A model generated the notes under the pieces. It was not told the origin of the DNA and did not search any database. It saw only the letters and a list, made by a program, of their open reading frames with translations. 64,000 bases of DNA from Schizochytrium sp. TIO01. Lineage: Eukaryota > Protista > Bigyra: Labyrinthulomycetes. Of the stretch, positions 62,101 through 64,000 are shown one piece after another. Position numbers and translations under genes: made by a program. Position 1 is the stretch's first letter; every line of letters starts with the position of its first letter. Location of the stretch: assembly GCA_004764695.1 (NCBI GenBank), contig SMSO01000007.1:930001-994000 (forward strand), written 5' to 3'.

Positions 62101-63647
62101 CAGTCAACCTTTACTACGACCGCAGCTGCTTCAATCCTCCCCCAAGTCCCTCACAGGATTTCAATCTCTCCCAAACGCAAATGTATATAATGTTATCAAA
62201 GGACCTTATTTATTACAAAAGCCCAGCTTTGTTGTCCAAACTTCAAACTACATCTCATCTTCACACTTACAAAAGATGTAGTACCTACTTCTTTCTTTCA
62301 AGCCCCCTGCTTTCACCTAGGATCCTCTAACATGGCTTCCCTGCAAACTATGCGATGTGTTTCCCTCTTTGCTCAAGTGCAGAGCGGCTGTTTTCGCTTG
62401 CCCGAACCTTGCGCCTAATTGCTTCAGGTTTGCACGGATGCCTCGGCCCATATAACACACACCCAATTACAGAGCAGCGCAAATTTATGACGCCACACGA
62501 GACTGCAAATAAAAATAATAAAAAATCATTAAATTAAAATGTTGTGTTTTCCTGAGCTCCAAAAGTCTGTGGGTAGCCTCCACCCTGATGTGCCAGAGAC
62601 GCGTCAAGTCTTCGATAACTCGGGGCAGCTGCTGGCCGAGAACTTATTGAAAGCGGCGCGCAATTGTGAAATCAAAAACAGAAAGGATTTTTTTTTTTTC
62701 CTCCGTTTTCTTTTTCTCTTTTTTTCTTTTTTCTTGTGCCTGTGTAAACAAATCCTTGAGTCTCCCCGTTCCCCACTGCTCCATCGCGTTCTATGTAATG
62801 CGCTTTGACAGGGCCCAAGAAACCGCCAGCACTCACAGCAGCCTCCATCGAACAGCGGCATCATTAACGATCAGGATAATTCATACCAAAAAAACCAACG
62901 GCCCTAGACTTGTTCAAGCTATGCACTCCAATTCAACTTCGCCAAGATAGACTTTCATCATTCATGTGCGCAGGAGCTTGCAATCTCAATCTTCGAGCGA
63001 GCACCATAGTAGTTTTCCGTGACCTTGACACCGAAGCCAATGACAACTTGAATCAAAAGCTAGTCAAAACTTGTCGAGGAAGTTTGCTCGCAAAAAGATT
63101 CACGGCCAACACCGGTTGCCCTTCCGTAGCCCGCACAGGCATCACAGACGACCAAAGCTCTCTTCTCACGGTACGAGGCACCGCTGTGGCAAGCGCACAT
63201 CATTTGCGACTTTCTTCTGCGGGATTGATTAATGCCGTTCCACTTCCAAACTGAATCTTTTAAGTGCGCTGCGCAAAACTTTGACGCTTCCATTCTGTCA
63301 AGAAAGAAATGGGCCAAAGCGAAGTTTTGAGGCGCGAGCAGCTGCACGAAGATCAAGCAAAACCAAATCAAACCAACTCGGGATGATCAGGACAGGATTT
63401 GTCGAAATGAGGGCTTTCGCACGGACTTTTGAGTTTGAACTCAACGTTTCAAGCTTACCTGCGGTGCAGCACAACAAAGAGCAGCTGCACAAATCTGCTC
63501 GCGATGGGGAATTCGTTGGGAGGCAACAATGATTGAGAAGAAGTGTCTGATCGGAGTGGACTTTGACGGAGTGGATGCGATGCCAGCCTGGATGCTACTC
63601 ATGCTGCTAGCGGGTTTTGTTGCCCTTCGTAAGGATGATGATGGGCC

Positions 63648-64000
63648 ATGGCCAAGCTGACTTGCCTGTCTCTTTGCAGTTGCGCAGAGAAGGATCGCGC
63701 AGCTTTGCATCATCTGATACTCTTAGGTGGTGTAGTAGAAACTACAAACCCGGCAGACTATTTGGCAGCAGCAGAGTGTTTCTCCGAATACGTACTTGAG
63801 GTTTGGGCACAAGTAGAGCGTGCAGGCACAAATGCCGTGACGGGACTTTGCGCGAAGAGACTGCAAGGGCTTGCGGGTATACAAGTGCCTTGCGAGAGGA
63901 TTGAAGAAGGTAGGAAAGCTGTGCTAGAAAAGCATAGCCCTTGGAGGCTAGCCTTGGTAGCCACGCTCGAGAGACTGCGCGAGGGAGGCCCTTACCTTTG
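63648..64000 (+). CDS. Possible partial CDS or exon running off the window end
   Basis: GCCATGG at 63645-63651 opens a frame with no stop to the window edge (MAKLTCLSLCSCAEKDRAALHHLILLGGVVETTNPADYLAAAECFSEYVLEVWAQVERAG...). It could instead be a pseudogene relic or an exon after the acceptor-like TTTGCAG at 63679. Confidence 0.3.
   Translation, partial: MAKLTCLSLCSCAEKDRAALHHLILLGGVVETTNPADYLAAAECFSEYVLEVWAQVERAGTNAVTGLCAKRLQGLAGIQVPCERIEEGRKAVLEKHSPWRLALVATLERLREGGPYL

Overview
Eukaryotic nuclear DNA, most likely a thraustochytrid/labyrinthulomycete (Aurantiochytrium/Schizochytrium-like). That assignment is inferred from the intron-poor long ORFs, the tetranucleotide microsatellites and the protein types, not from a marker gene. 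The first 15 kb is gene-dense. It holds (1) a 1157-aa protein with an acidic/disordered N-terminus, a Cys/His 'RNN..KNLRCFPxC..H' domain with an AT-hook-like motif, and a C-terminal FABP/calycin-like region, a candidate ligand-sensing transcription factor; (2) a two-exon minus-strand gene, missed by the ORF track, whose splice junction rebuilds a PBZ (poly(ADP-ribose)-binding) zinc finger; (3) a 1470-aa multi-pass membrane protein with EF-hand motifs; and (4) a YrhK-like integral membrane protein. A close paralog of (4) lies about 25 kb away. Each paralog has about 23 kb of upstream DNA with no intact gene. These deserts contain microsatellites, several decayed ORF relics (two with non-LTR retrotransposon-like motifs), TpA-rich islands sharing a CTATA(A/G)CCTA motif, and a few strong hairpins near CCAAT/TATA elements. 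I saw no rRNA, tRNA, CRISPR array or intact transposon.
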